Source of the DNA: Saprolegnia diclina VS20
Taxonomy: Eukaryota
DNA length: 34,762 bases
Direction: 5' to 3'
NCBI RefSeq assembly: GCF_000281045.1
Contig: NW_008246082.1
Coordinates: 75,049 to 109,810, forward strand
A program made the position numbers and the translations under genes. The notes beneath the pieces are model-generated. The model was not told the DNA's origin. It saw only the letters and a list, made by a program, of their open reading frames with translations, and did no database searches. Below, in pieces: positions 8,735 to 20,822 of this stretch (its first letter is position 1; every line of letters begins with the position of its first letter).

Positions 8735-10248
8735 ATGGCGCAGGTCGGCGTCTTGGTGTGCTTGGACGTGCCGGTCGGCAGTGAGTTTGGCGTCGACTAC
8801 GAGGCCTTTCGCACCGCCGAGCGCTTCCAGGGCGTCAAGCTCCTTCCGACGGGGCTGCACTTTGTGTTTTACGCCTCCAGCGGCGACCAAGACGGGATCC
8901 GCCAAGGGTTCTTCATCCATGTGAACGCCGGCGACGTCACGCTGCGCAAGTGGTCGCACGAGACTGAAGAGCTCTTGCCACTCACGGACGCGCGCGACGC
9001 AGAGAACCTCACACGTGCGCGCGATACGACATCGACATGCCAGCTTATGATATACGACTAGGCGCCGTCCACGGCTTCCAGCTCGATGGCAACCTCGGCG
9101 CGTACCCGCAAAAGCACGCCAAGACATGGCGCCGCCTCTCCAAGTACATCTCGGCCAACGTGCTCCGCGTACGCTCCATCCTATATCAATACCAATGGTT
9201 GACGACGTTGTACTTAGCGCTGCGGCATCACGCTCGGCGCGACCATCATGCCAGGCGACCCGGACGTCATGTCGACCAACGAACCGTCGACGCTGACGCC
9301 GTACTTTCCCAACACGGCGCAAACCGCACGGTTCACGCCGCTCAAGAAGCCGGCGCTGTCGCGATCGGCCGCTGAAGTCACCCTGTTTCATGTCGACTCG
9401 AGGTGACGCTCTCTTCATCGCGAGGACAAGAGGCCTTATACGACTGCTAGTGAGCACCTCCACCACGTACTGGCCGAGCACTTTAGCAACGACTGGGTAT
9501 GTCATTCCATCTAGTTTCGTTATATTGTCTTATTGTCTTATTCCTAATAACCCAATTTTGTCATCGCGTAGAAAGAACTCCTCGGCGAGCTCCAGCTGTC
9601 GTTCGTGCTCTTCCTCCTCATCTCGTCGCTGGACGCCCTCACGCAGTGGAAGCAGGTGCCTCTCTATCTCGCTCCAAGTACTTGTAAACCTAGCCCGCAC
9701 ATAGATGGTCTGGCTGCTCTGCTCGAGCGAAGCTGCGGTCGAGTCGATGCCGGACCTCTTCATCGCGTTTCTCAAGCTCATGCACACCCACCTCGACCAA
9801 GTATGTGTCTAAGGTTATGACACCACGTCGTTAACGCTCCTCGTAGGTTGGCGCTGAATTTTTTCAAGACGAAGTCGCCCAAGAGAATTTTCTTCAAGCA
9901 TCACTCGCATCCCTTTTCGAGATCCTCCATGACGACAATCTCGACCCCAAGGTACGCCCGACTGAGGAGACGACGACGATGGTTCGTTTGGCGCGTAGCT
10001 GCTGACCGCGTCCCGGAAGCTCCAGAGCTTTCTGCAGCAAAAGTTCAACCTGCGCTTTGACGTGCTCGGGACCTTTGCGTTTGGCGATGACGAGTGCGCG
10101 CCGGCGTTTGTCTTGCCCGACGAGGTACACAGCGCTATCAATGCCACGTCGATCTGACTCGCTTGCGTAGCTGCCTGCGTATGTGTTTGGCGCCGATGTG
10201 CTCGACGATGACGCCAACGCCCGCGCAGCCGCCGCGCTCTTCCACTAA
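8735..10248 (+). CDS. AAR2: AAR2 homolog (U5 snRNP assembly factor), multi-exon
   Basis: The spliced translation contains EFGVDYEAF...FQGVKLLPTGLHFVFY, RQGFF, LDGNLGAYP, WRRLSKYIS, ELLGELQLSFVLFLL, QWKQ..LLC, FFQDEVAQENFL and DDECAPAFV. Stop TAA at 10246-10248. Confidence 0.9.
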
Positions 10249-10341
10249 ACGTAAGAGTATTTCGAGTACAAAGTGTGTATAGGGGTGGGGGTGTCTCTAT
10301 CTGTATGTTGGTGGTCGCTGTCGTTGGATACTATGGCGTGT

Positions 10342-11791
10342 TTAAATGTACGGGACCGAGCCAATGACGCCAAACTCGACAATCTTCCACCGCAGCGCCA
10401 TCTCGTCTTCGTCGTACTCGCGGCGGAACGCAAACACGTAAAAGTTGGCCTTGATCTCGTCTTCGGCGCCTTCGATGATCTCGCCTTCGCGGTTCCGAAT
10501 GCAGTGGATCTGCTGCGCCATGAGCTGGAGGCCAATGACCGGCGCCTGCTTGTCCTCAGCCTGCACAAAGCACGTCGAGGGCATTCGGTTGGTGTCAGCA
10601 AGGGCGTACCGAGAGTGCGATGACCGTGACATCGCGAATCGCGAGCACGTTCGGGTCGACGACCAAGCCTATGCCACGATAGTAAACGGTCGAGGACGGG
10701 CAACGCGACGTACCGTCCGTCTTGCGCTCGCGGATCGCCATGTTGACAGTGCTGTACGCAGCTTCGCCCATCCACTTTTTCAGGTCGCGGCTGTTGCCCT
10801 TGAGGAACGCATCGAGCACGAACGGCACGACCGCCTCGGCCACGTTCTACCAACCGCATGAGGAGCTGGCATCGTGACACATGCAAGTCGCGTACGTCCT
10901 TCCACTCTTCGACGTTGAACGACGGGTCGGCGCGGCGGATCTCGCGGATCGCAATGCTTTCGGCCGTCTCGCCAAAGAGGCCATCGTAGATCGACGAGAG
11001 CCGGTAGACCCACCTGATGCATACCGTATAAGCAACTTGTAGAAGGATGACAGAGGGACGTACGGGTTCTGGCTCGTCTCCCAGTACTCGCGCACGTCTT
11101 CGGTGGCGTCCCCAATCTTGTCCTTGGCGACCTTGGCGCCCGACCCGACGGTCTGGCCGGCCTTGGTCTTGGCGGCGAGACGCGCGGCCTCGAGAAGGCC
11201 CTGGATGATCGGTGTTTCCTTGAGGCGCGCGCCGATACGGTCCCACGCGGTCTGCTCGCCCTTGACGAGCACCATGGCCGTCGGGCCACTGTACGGCGCA
11301 GCCTCCTCTTCGTCGTCGTCGGTCACGGGCTTGGTGACCTTCTTCTCCGAGAGCGACGACGTGAGCGTCTCTTCGACCGACTTCTTCTTGCCGGCGCCAA
11401 AGACCTCGAAGAAGGTTTCGACCAGCGTCTCCTTGGCGCCCGACGTGTCGCCAAGCACCTTGGACGTCGCCGAGTTGAGCGGGTCGAAAAACTTGGACTT
11501 GGCCTCCTTGACATACTCGCTCTTGCCGGCCTCGGCAGCCGCTTGCTCGCGCACCTCACGCATCGCGGCCTCAAAGGCCTCGCGCTTCTCCTTGGCCCGC
11601 TTCTCGAACTCGTCACGGGCTTCCTTGGACTTGTCTGCGGTTTCCTTGACGACCTCCTGCACCGCTTCGTTCTTCTCGAGCTTGGCGAGCTCTTCCTTGA
11701 CCTGCTCCGTGAACTTGGAGAAGAGGCTCATGGAGCGGGCCGGCGCATGGCGGCGAGCGGCCGCGGTCTTGAGCAGCGCGTGGCGAAGCAT
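10342..11791 (-). CDS. TIM44: Mitochondrial import inner membrane translocase subunit TIM44, multi-exon
   Basis: Basic presequence MLRHALLKTAAARRHAPARS, a coiled coil, then WETSQNPWVY, IREIRRADPSFNVEEW, LDAFLKGN..DLKKW and QQIHCIRNREGEIIEG...W.IVEF. Confidence 0.92.
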
Positions 11792-12268
11792 CGAGAAGTT
11801 GGCGACCACGAAAAATGAAATTGCAGTTTGCTCGACGGACAGCCTGGCCGCATTTTGGCCAATCACCGCGCGCGGCGCCTTGAGGCTATTCGCACGCAAC
11901 ATTGCCCCCAGGACCTCAGCCCACACATGCATGCTCCCCACGGCCAAGCCATCGGTGCCATTGCGAGTATACGCTGTCCGACGCTCGTAGTAGACTCTGA
12001 TCACCCGGCTAGTATAGAAGCAGGATGCTACTGGATGACCTGCCGAAACGGTGGCGACACCGGAGTCGGTCGACGTGTTGTTGCACGCATCATTTACCTT
12101 CTTGAAGATGCTGAGACAGCTCTTGATCGATTCGCCAGGCCCTTCTTGGGCTTTGTTGGACTACGGGCTCATACATGTAGGTCTGGCGTAGTGACCTCGG
12201 GTATTGTAGTCGTTCATGGTCGTCGACGGTTGGCATCGTCTAGCTGGCGGCGTGGCGGTCTTGACGCT

Positions 12269-15200
12269 ATGACCAGCAGCATGGTTCGAGCGCGTCGGGC
12301 TGCATACCTCAGCCACTTGAAATACGACACTCTGTCTTCTTTCGTGTCCGAAGATGTCCCGTCTACTCGCCGGTTTCGCGGGGTGGAAACCGTTCGTGGC
12401 GCGGGAATGCCCGTCGACATCTCGCGTGATGCCACGCTGCTCAAGCAACTCGGTCGGCGCGTCGAGTCGCTTCCCGACGTCGACAACTCGGGCGACACGG
12501 CAGTCGAGGTCTTTGCCGACCTCGCAGCGATAGGCGCGGTGCCGCCGTCGTCGGCCCAGTTTGAGCACGAGCTCGAGACGGAGCTGCCGATTCCGTTCCA
12601 TTTACAGGGCACGACCGACTTTGACGACGGCATTGGCTTGTCCAAGCGACGGCAGCTGCGCCGCGCGCCGCGCGTCGTGCAAGGTATCATGCGCTTTTGG
12701 CAAATCTTCCCCAAGCTCCACGTCATTGGCGACGAAGTCATCACCAAGACCGAGTACGCGGAAGCGATGCTGCTCGTCTTCAAGGTGCTTCGGCCACGCG
12801 ATTTTGACATTTACGAAGCGCTCGACCAAATCGGCAAGGACTGGACGAGCGACTCGAAGGGCAAAAATGCCATGGACGCCATCATGTTTATCGACGCGTT
12901 CTTCGAACTGGTACGTTGTTTTGTGGTTAGGGTCGTTCTGTAGAGTGAATGACAATAGTGTCGTCTGTGCGTAGGTGGACCTCTGGACGTGCGACGTAGA
13001 AGAAGCCACGTATGTGCAGTTTCTCCACTTGCTCTACGAGCGCATCACGGTACAATCGTCATACGCAAGCGATTCATCGATGGTTATGTAGATTCGAACA
13101 GTGGTCTTCTTTGACGGCAGCGTCTTGCGCGTGGCCGTCGCCGATGCCTCCAAGTCCGCCGCGCAGCTCATTGCCAGCGGCGTGCCATTGGCCGCCGTGA
13201 GTGCGTTCAACCACATAGCAAAGTTTGTGAAACCCAAGATCCAAACGATCGGAGACCTCGCAGAGGCCGATGTCGTCGACGTCGAGAAGCTTCGACAGCA
13301 GTACATTGAACACAACAACCTCTCGACCCAGCGCCTCGGCGCCGAGCTCTTTGAAGTACGCCCCATTGTCTGCCGTATATCACTTTTTTATTGCTTAGAT
13401 TCTGGAGCTCATCACGCGTGTCACGGCAGGCGACGTCAACAGTCTCGACTCGCTGCAAGGCTTGGTGGACGCGGACGCGGCAGCCATCGACTGCATCCGC
13501 GCGGTTTTCATTCGCGCCCAAGGCATCTCGACAACGCAGCAGACGCTCAAGCACAACATCATAGCCGAGCTCCACAAGTTTGGGGTCACCGACAGCATGC
13601 TCTCGGACAGCAACATGACGGAAAAATACCTCCAGCTGTTCGACCTCTTTTGCGTCAAGACAGGGGTACACCAATATTGTCGATACAAACGCTATGCAAC
13701 TCATAACATATCTTATAGGTGGAAATTCAAAAGACGGCGCGCTTGGAGCTGGAGCGCATTCGGCGTGAGCTCGACAAGCACGGCCTCGACGACGTTCCGC
13801 CGCATCAAGTCGAAGCCACGTACAATGAGGTGGCATATAATCGCATTCTGTGGGGCGAGCAACTAATTAACTACAGTACTACGCCGACGTGATCGAGACG
13901 AGTGGCGCCAAGACGGTGGAAAAGGCAAAAGCGTGGATTCAAAAAAGCACCGATGCGATTGTCGCACCGTTCATTCAAAAGGACGAGCCGTCATTCTCGC
14001 CCGTCGCAGACGCCAAGCCGTTCACTGCCGACGACACGGCCTTCCAAGTCCTTGTGACGCCTTTGGAAGAGTCACCCCCCAAACCACGGGACCCACCACG
14101 CGTCCCGACACCACCACGACCTACGACCCCGACAAAGCAAAGTACTCTTACGTCGCCCGTGATTGCCAAGCCCGTCACACCCCCACCGCGGGCAACGCCG
14201 TCGCCCCCCCGCCGAACAGTGACCCCTCCCGTAGTCCATATTGAACCGAGGACCCCCACCCCCGAGCCGGCAATCATCGAGGCGCCGAGCTTTGAGCTCG
14301 AGATCGAAACACCCCGACGACCAGTTTCGCCCGAGTCTGCGCCATTTCGAGGGCCTACACCCGTATCGCTTGCGCCAGAAGTAGTTGTGCCCGACGTCCG
14401 CGCGATCGAGGAGCTTGTGCCAGCGCCAAGCCTTGACGAGGTGTCGGCTGTCGTCACGGACGCCTTCATGGACGAGACGGTCGTTGAGGTCTCAGAAGCA
14501 CTGCCGAGCGAAGAGTACAAACGCACTGGCATCGCCATCGTCCGCGAGGAGCGCAAGCTGTTGAAAAACATCATCCAAGCAACCAAGAAAAAGATGCTGT
14601 TCGTTGCGCTCTCTACAATACTACTACGAAAACGTGCATTAGGGTGGCTGAGCCGCCCCACGTGGCCGAGGTTCTCGTGACGGGCAGCGCCACCGACGGC
14701 GTCAACGCGATCGGCCGGTACATTCACTTGCTCGGCCTCACGGACAGTGCGTCCTCACTACTTTCCCATATCCCACAATCATTTCCTATTTTCATCAGTG
14801 GTGCAAGCGCCGGGTGAGGCCGAGGCCATCGCTCTCCTCGCCTCAACGTCCTCCAAAAAGATTGATCTCGTGCGTCGTCCCCGCCAAGTATCAACTTGAT
14901 AGTTTTCTAACGATCTAGGTGTGCTACGTCGCGGGACGCAACATGGACGACGCGCTGGCCAAGCTCGCGCTCTACCGCACTGTCTATCGTCGACCGGTTA
15001 TCGTCGTTGGCGGCGACGAAGCCGATCCGGCGCTCACGCAGCGCATGTCGGAGGCCGTACGCGCTGACTTGGATTGCTCGTCGTTCGTATCACCGCGTAG
15101 TGCATGGCCCAAGGCGCCTTGTACTTTGCAGCGCTGCCCGTGGACTTTCGGGAGCTTCGAAGTCAGCTTCAGAGCTTCCTTGAAGCCGCCCCGCACAAGT

Positions 15201-15593
15201 ACCTCATCAAACAGCGAAAAACGTCCGTGGCCGTTCTCGCCAATACGACCAATGCGACAGCGCGACTCAAACCGACCAAGGGCAACCACACCTCCAAGCT
15301 CCAGCCGATCACAGAGAGCTCGTCGTCGCCAAAGAAGCGGTAGTCCACACGACCAAGTCCTCATTTCCCTTTAAATTCCTAGCACATGGCTGGCGGAAGA
15401 GCCCGTGCCAAGCACGACGGTCCTGCCCGCGCTGCCAGTACGCACCAAGGCCCCAGAGCTGCGCGATGCGGACAAGCCACTCGCGGCCCTCGTACCTCAC
15501 AAGCCCGTGGCGCTCATCGGAGGCGCGCCGTCGCCACGGTCACCCCGGCGCCCCTCCGAGCTCTCACCGCGTCGTCACTCGCACGATCCGTAG
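12269..15593 (+). CDS. Large hypothetical protein: EF-hand-like N-terminal region, Pro-rich linker, C-terminal CheY-like pseudo-receiver domain; multi-exon
   Basis: Exons can be chained through short GT-AG introns from ATG 12269 (or 12281) to TAG 15591-15593. It contains DEVITKTEY...DWTSDSKGKNAMDAIMFIDAFFELVDLWT, a Pro/Thr-rich block (about 14050-14400) and a beta/alpha x5 receiver-like pattern (14668-15181). The start and the single-gene model are inferred. Confidence 0.65.
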
Positions 15594-15682
15594 CCGTAAA
15601 GTTAGTACAACTCACTACTGTAGTAGCTCTTTTGAACTCGCTCCTTGTGCTGCTTGGGCGGCGACAGAGTTTACGGCACACA

Positions 15683-17648
15683 CTACCCCGTGGCCTTGTC
15701 GGGCCCGACGTCGATGCCGTAGTAGCGCTGGTAGAGCCCCATCGCAGTGTCAATGAGTCGCAGGCGCAGCTTCAAGTTGGCATACTCGTACTGAAACCTG
15801 CGTTTGTTGGTTCACAACTGCGTTTTTTTAGATGCACGCACCAGAGCGTCTCGCGCCATGTCATGGGGGCCACCGCGTCGCGTTGCGCGTGGTCCTGGAC
15901 GAGGCCTTTCATGGCGTACTTGCCAAAGACGTGGAAGCGTTGGCTACAATCACGCGACGTGAAGACGCTTCCTTCTTAACTTGTTTCGTACCGCGACGAG
16001 CCGCCGAGCTCCTTGTTGAGCGAACGCGTCAAGTTGGTCGAGCGCAGCACAAAGAGCATGTCGCGCGGCAGCGTCTCGAGAAACGCCGTCACCTAAGTAT
16101 CAAAATATCAACACGATATCCTTCATCGTCTATCATCCAAGGACGTACGTCGCCGCGCTCAAGCGCCTTGAGATCTTCGACGATCGCAGCGCGGTCGGCC
16201 GCCGAGATTTGACCCGCGAGTTTGTTGTTGCTGTGCATGCCGCGGTACGTAAAGATGAGCGGGAGCAGCTTGGCATACTGCTTGATGCCAAATTTGTCGC
16301 TGCACGCGTCGACGAGCGCTGCGTCACGCAGCAACAGTCCCTTCCACAGTTCGCAGAAGGTGATGCGAAAGGTCTCATCGAGCTGCCGGTAGAGGCCATG
16401 GTCGAGGAGGATGATTTGCGCCTGCACCAATAAGAGTTAGTACGAACACTCTAGTCGTTATACGACCTCATTCGGCAGCGTCGGGTGCGGGCGGACAAAG
16501 AGGTTGCCCGGGTGCGGGTCGCAGTGCACGAAGCCCGAGCAAAAGAGCATCTCGGCAAAGAGCGACGAGACGTGCTTGGCGACGACGAGCGGACGGAGGT
16601 GCATGCGCTCGATCGCGTCCGTGTCGGTGACTTTGGCCCCGCGCATAAACTCCATCGTCAGCACGCGCGTCGTGCTGTAGTTATCGAGCACCTAGCGAAA
16701 CTGTATCAGCTTCAACTATCAACTTGATACAAAGACAATATCTGTACCTTGGGAATGTACACAAACGGGTTGTTTTGAAACAAATGCGCAATCTTGCGGC
16801 TGTTTTGCTTCTCCGCGTCAAAGTTCAACTAGACCAAATGTCAACGCCTGAATATTGACGGAGAGATGTGGACCTCGGCATATAGCGCTGTTTCCATCTC
16901 GGGTACGAGCCACGACATGTCAATGTCCCACGTGTAGTTCATGGCGCGAATGGCTTGCGCGACGCTCCAGAGGTCCGAGCCCATCTGCACGGCGAGCGCC
17001 GGGTACTGCACCTTGACTGCGACCTCGACGCCGTCCTTGGTCACCGCGCGGTGCACCTGCGCGAGCGACGCCGCTGCGATCGGGTTTTCGTCAAATTCGA
17101 AAAACAGTTTATCGATCGGCGCGCCGAGCTCGGCGGCGACGGCCGCTTTGGCTTCCTACGCACACATCTCGCACCGTCGCCAGCACGATCGCCTACCGCG
17201 CCGGATACGGGCCGTGCTTGGTCTTGAAGCTGGCTCAACGTCGACGTGTACTCGGTGGGCAGGCCGTGGTTCATCGATGCAATTTGCTGGCCCATCTTGG
17301 TAAACACACCGCCGTTCGTCAAGCACAAGTGCAGCAGTCGCTCCGCCGTGCGCAAATTGAACGCTTGCAGCGCGCTCTTGTACGCGACCATGGCCGGGTC
17401 TTTGGCGTCAATGGACGACGGTGGGCCAAAGTCAGACTCGGTGGCGGTCGTCGCAGGCTTCTTGGGCACGTGAAGCTTGAAGTCGACAAACGTCGACGCG
17501 CCCGCGTAGGCGACGCGACCGGCGCGCGATGGCACATGGCTACATACGCGTTAGCTCCATACGGCCTCGAATTGTCCTACTCGGACGCGTAGTCGCCACC
17601 GACGAGGACGAGTCCGAGCGCGCCAAGGCGCCGGGCGGTGGTTTGCAT
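15683..17648 (-). CDS. ABC1/UbiB-family atypical kinase (ADCK1/ADCK5-like), multi-exon
   Basis: Motifs NGGVFTKMGQ, LSQLQD, IAAASLAQVHRA, VAVKVQYP, RVLTMEF, GFVHCDPHPGNLFV and IILLDHGLY. ATG at 17646-17648 and stop at 15683-15685 are inferred from the terminal exons. Confidence 0.92.
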
Positions 17649-17961
17649 CTTTTCGAATCGGAATGAACTCAGTGGGCTTCCATACAAGACGCAAATCAAA
17701 GTGCAATCTGCGTTGGCCAATCAACGACGAGATATAAACTTAGAACAGCCAATGGCATCGATGCATGAGCGAGCTGAGCGAGCCAGACGCAGAAAGGACG
17801 ACGTCGAACGCCGTCCGACGGAAGCCGACCGTCCGCTCGGACGCTGTCCACTCGCGCCGTGCAGTGTCCTACTGTCCGAAGTGCGTCGATGTAAGGTGAC
17901 GGGATACGATGTTATCATGGGTTAAACGCAAGGTTCATGCACACGCAAAAGAAGATGACGT

Positions 17962-19152
17962 CTACGGCATGGCAAGCGCTGCTGTCGCCGGCGCACGGTC
18001 CATGAAAACGCCCTTGGCACTCACTTTACTGAGGCAACAGTAATACTTGGGCAAATTTGCTTCGAGGTCCGCCGGGCCCGGCTGCTGCATCCATACGGGA
18101 ATGTCAAACGTCTGGGCTTGCTGGCGTCCGAGGAGGTTCACGCCAAAGTAGCCACCTTGCAGCACGACCCGATGGGGTAGCGCAAACACTTGGCTCTACG
18201 CACAATGTCCAGCTTCGTCTTTGTCAAAGCGTACCGTCATTTCGTTGCGGACGTCATAGGCGGGCGTCGTATAAAATGGCTCGGTGTCGGCCACGTCGGC
18301 AAAGAACGAAAAAGACACTTGGCGCGGACCGTACGTGGGTGCACCCGGGTGCCAAAATACGCGGTAGGGCACGACCTCGATCGATTGTACGACGCACGGT
18401 CCGCGCATGCGGTAGTAGATCGAGTCGGTCGCATGCGGATCGGTCGACGCCGCACTACGCATCCCATCTTAGTACACTCATAAAGGCAAAGTAGTACCTG
18501 CTCCAGTAGCACGAGTTGCCCGATGAGCAGCCGCACAGCATTTGAATCGTCTCGCCGAGCGACGAGTTGCGTCGCGTGAGGAGCCGAAACATGGTGAACG
18601 TTGGCAGTTCCTGCAAATTGTACGGCAGCAAGAGCTCTTCCGAGCGCTCGTAGCGCTGGATCTCGCGCAAGCACTTGGACGGCTTGAGCGTGTTGGCCGG
18701 GGCTTCGCTGTCCCGATCGGCCGACGAGTACTCTATACGAAATACGTCATGTCAGAAGCGCTATCCATGGCACACGTCGGCGTACTAATGACATCGAGAA
18801 TGAGCTCGGTCTGGCCAAACTTGGCAGTGGTCGCGAGCGACGCGAGGCATGCAAGGCGCTTCCACGGGTACTGCCGGCGGTTGAGGTGCGATGGCATCGG
18901 GCCATGGAGGCCCGCGACGTATTGGAACCACTTGGCCTTGTCAAAGGCGACGCTCAGCACGGCGTCGGCCTTCCAGCAGTTGAAGCCTTCGACTTGCGCT
19001 CGGAACTTGGAATGCGTCGCTTCGAGCCGGTGGGCCTCGACATGATTCAAGTAGAGAAGGACCTTGGCGAGGAGCTCGATGGGCAGCTCGACGAGCGCGC
19101 TCTCCTTGGCCGGCGGCGGCGGCGACGACAACGACGGGCGCCAGAAGAACAT
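17962..19152 (-). CDS. F-box protein with a C-terminal domain resembling the plant At4g00755-type F-box family, multi-exon
   Basis: F-box LVELPIELLAKVLLYL...LEATHSKFR...W. The spliced C-terminal part has SSADRDSEAPANTL, CYWSS, CVVQSIEVVPYRVFWHPGAPTYGPRQVSF, FALPHRVVLQGG...LLGRQQ and YYCCLSKV. Confidence 0.8.
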
Positions 19153-19698
19153 CGGCGGGTGGCAGACGCGGAAATGAGCTCGGCCTTGGCTTCTTCGATC
19201 CGACAATCGAACAAAATTCGAGCGATCATCTTCAAGCAGCGTAACCGGATCCGGGCGCTTTCGAAAGTCTGGCTAATCGCACGCCATTTTCAACGGAAGC
19301 GACGCGCCCCTTGCCGCCCGCCAGCGCTAGACGCCCTCGCATACCGCCTTGCCGCCACTACCACTGCGTGCGCGCTGGATTACATGGTGGGAAGGAGCGA
19401 GCTCCCGTGCAGCCCTCGCATGGGCAAGCACCCGGCCGCCAAGTTGCGTCGCATTAAACAGTCGGCCAAGCTGATTCACGGAAAATGACCATTCTCTCTA
19501 GATGTGCTACTGCAGCGTGACGTGGCGGGGGCGGCGGCGCTCGCTTGCATGGTGCGTCGTCGAATGGGAGTGGCGAGGACGACTTCCGGTATCCTTCGAG
19601 CTTCCCAGCACGTCCTTTCGCCACGTGGAGCCGGCGACGACGACCGTTGCGCGGACCAATCGGCGTGCGCCGGAATAAAACCTGCGTTAAAGTTGAAG

Positions 19699-20163
19699 AT
19701 GGCAGCTCTGCGCACAGCGCTGCTTGTCGTAGCGCTCAGTCTCGCGACGACAAGTGCGTTCTCGACGTACCGGCTGCGCATCCCGAACGGCCTGAGCGTC
19801 AAGGGCTTTGGAGCTGTCGGGCACGTCAACAAGGTGGGCGGCGGCCAGCCAACGCAGTTTGGCATCGACTTTGAGCGGGGTGGCGGGCGCTGGAACGCGG
19901 CCATTTGCGCGCTCGACTCGGACGGCGACGGCGCCACGAACGGTGAAGAGCTCGGCGACCCGTGCTGCGAGTGGCGCGTCGGCCTCCCCGTGCGACCCAA
20001 CCCGACGTCGCCAGGCCATCCCGATACGTTTACGGCGGCGGAGCTCGCGGAGATGAAGTGTACACCGTCCTCGACCGAAGCACCAGCGCCACTGCCCGAG
20101 CAGCGCAGCGCAACGGCGTTTGCGCCATTGTCGACGGACGGGTCAGACGCCAAAGATCTCTAG
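19699..20163 (+). CDS. Secreted temptin-like protein, 154 aa, single exon
   Basis: Signal peptide MAALRTALLVVALSLATTSA, then temptin-domain motifs Y..RIPNG, VGH...GGG...FG.DF, W...C.LDSDGDG.TNGEELGDPCC.W and SPG. Confidence 0.88.
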   Translation: MAALRTALLVVALSLATTSAFSTYRLRIPNGLSVKGFGAVGHVNKVGGGQPTQFGIDFERGGGRWNAAICALDSDGDGATNGEELGDPCCEWRVGLPVRPNPTSPGHPDTFTAAELAEMKCTPSSTEAPAPLPEQRSATAFAPLSTDGSDAKDL

Positions 20164-20822
20164 TCCTGCAGTCCATACTACGGACGGTCCAATGATGTTG
20201 TTGTCGTCGCCGTCATCCTCCAGTTGTAATGTAAGGTTGTCGATTGCCTTGTCTTTGGGTGTGTCGCGCTACTACGCGCCTGCGTTGGACGACGCCTCTC
20301 TCTGCGGCCGTTGGTAGAGACGCAGCACATCGCCCACACGGTGCGACAAGCCGGCGACCACGCTTCGCCAGCGCAAACATTGCTCGCGCCGCCTGCCACG
20401 CGCCTTTGGCGAACGACGACGAGCCCATGGTTATCGCATTTGCAGTGGGCTTCAAGCAGACCATCACGCGCAGCTGGATTCGGCGAGCGAAAGCTGCTGA
20501 CGAAGCACCGCGCCGCTTGCCGGTACTATGAGGTGACCGAGAAACGCGCGCTGTGGCTTCAATGCCGAGGGTCGCGCGCGCGCCGAGGGCCATGGCGGCG
20601 TACGAGACCGGCGGTCGTGGCGCTTGGCGGCCTGCCCTGGTCAATGGTCGCGGTCGGCGCGGCCCGTCAAAGTACATACGTGGCGAGGAAACATTAAAAG
20701 CCGCAGGTCGCGAAATCACTTGGGTTTTGTATGGTTTCAGCTGCAACCACAAAAAGAACCACAACAAAAAATCTAGCAAGACCCCCCGACGGAGAGACTA
20801 CGAGCAACGAGAAAGCGACGCG

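Noticed and set aside
1244..10248. Possible metal or NPN gene cluster around larC
   Set aside because: No neighbour resembles LarA, LarB, LarE or a Ni transporter. The flanking genes (AAR2, TIM44, PH protein, GT) have unrelated functions.
10248..10342. Very short gaps between convergent genes (1609/1677, 10248/10342, 15593/15683)
   Set aside because: Overlapping or abutting 3' UTRs are ordinary in compact oomycete gene-dense regions.
20149..20163. C-terminal AKDL of the temptin-like protein as an ER-retention signal
   Set aside because: It does not match the KDEL/HDEL consensus (no xDEL or xxEL ending).
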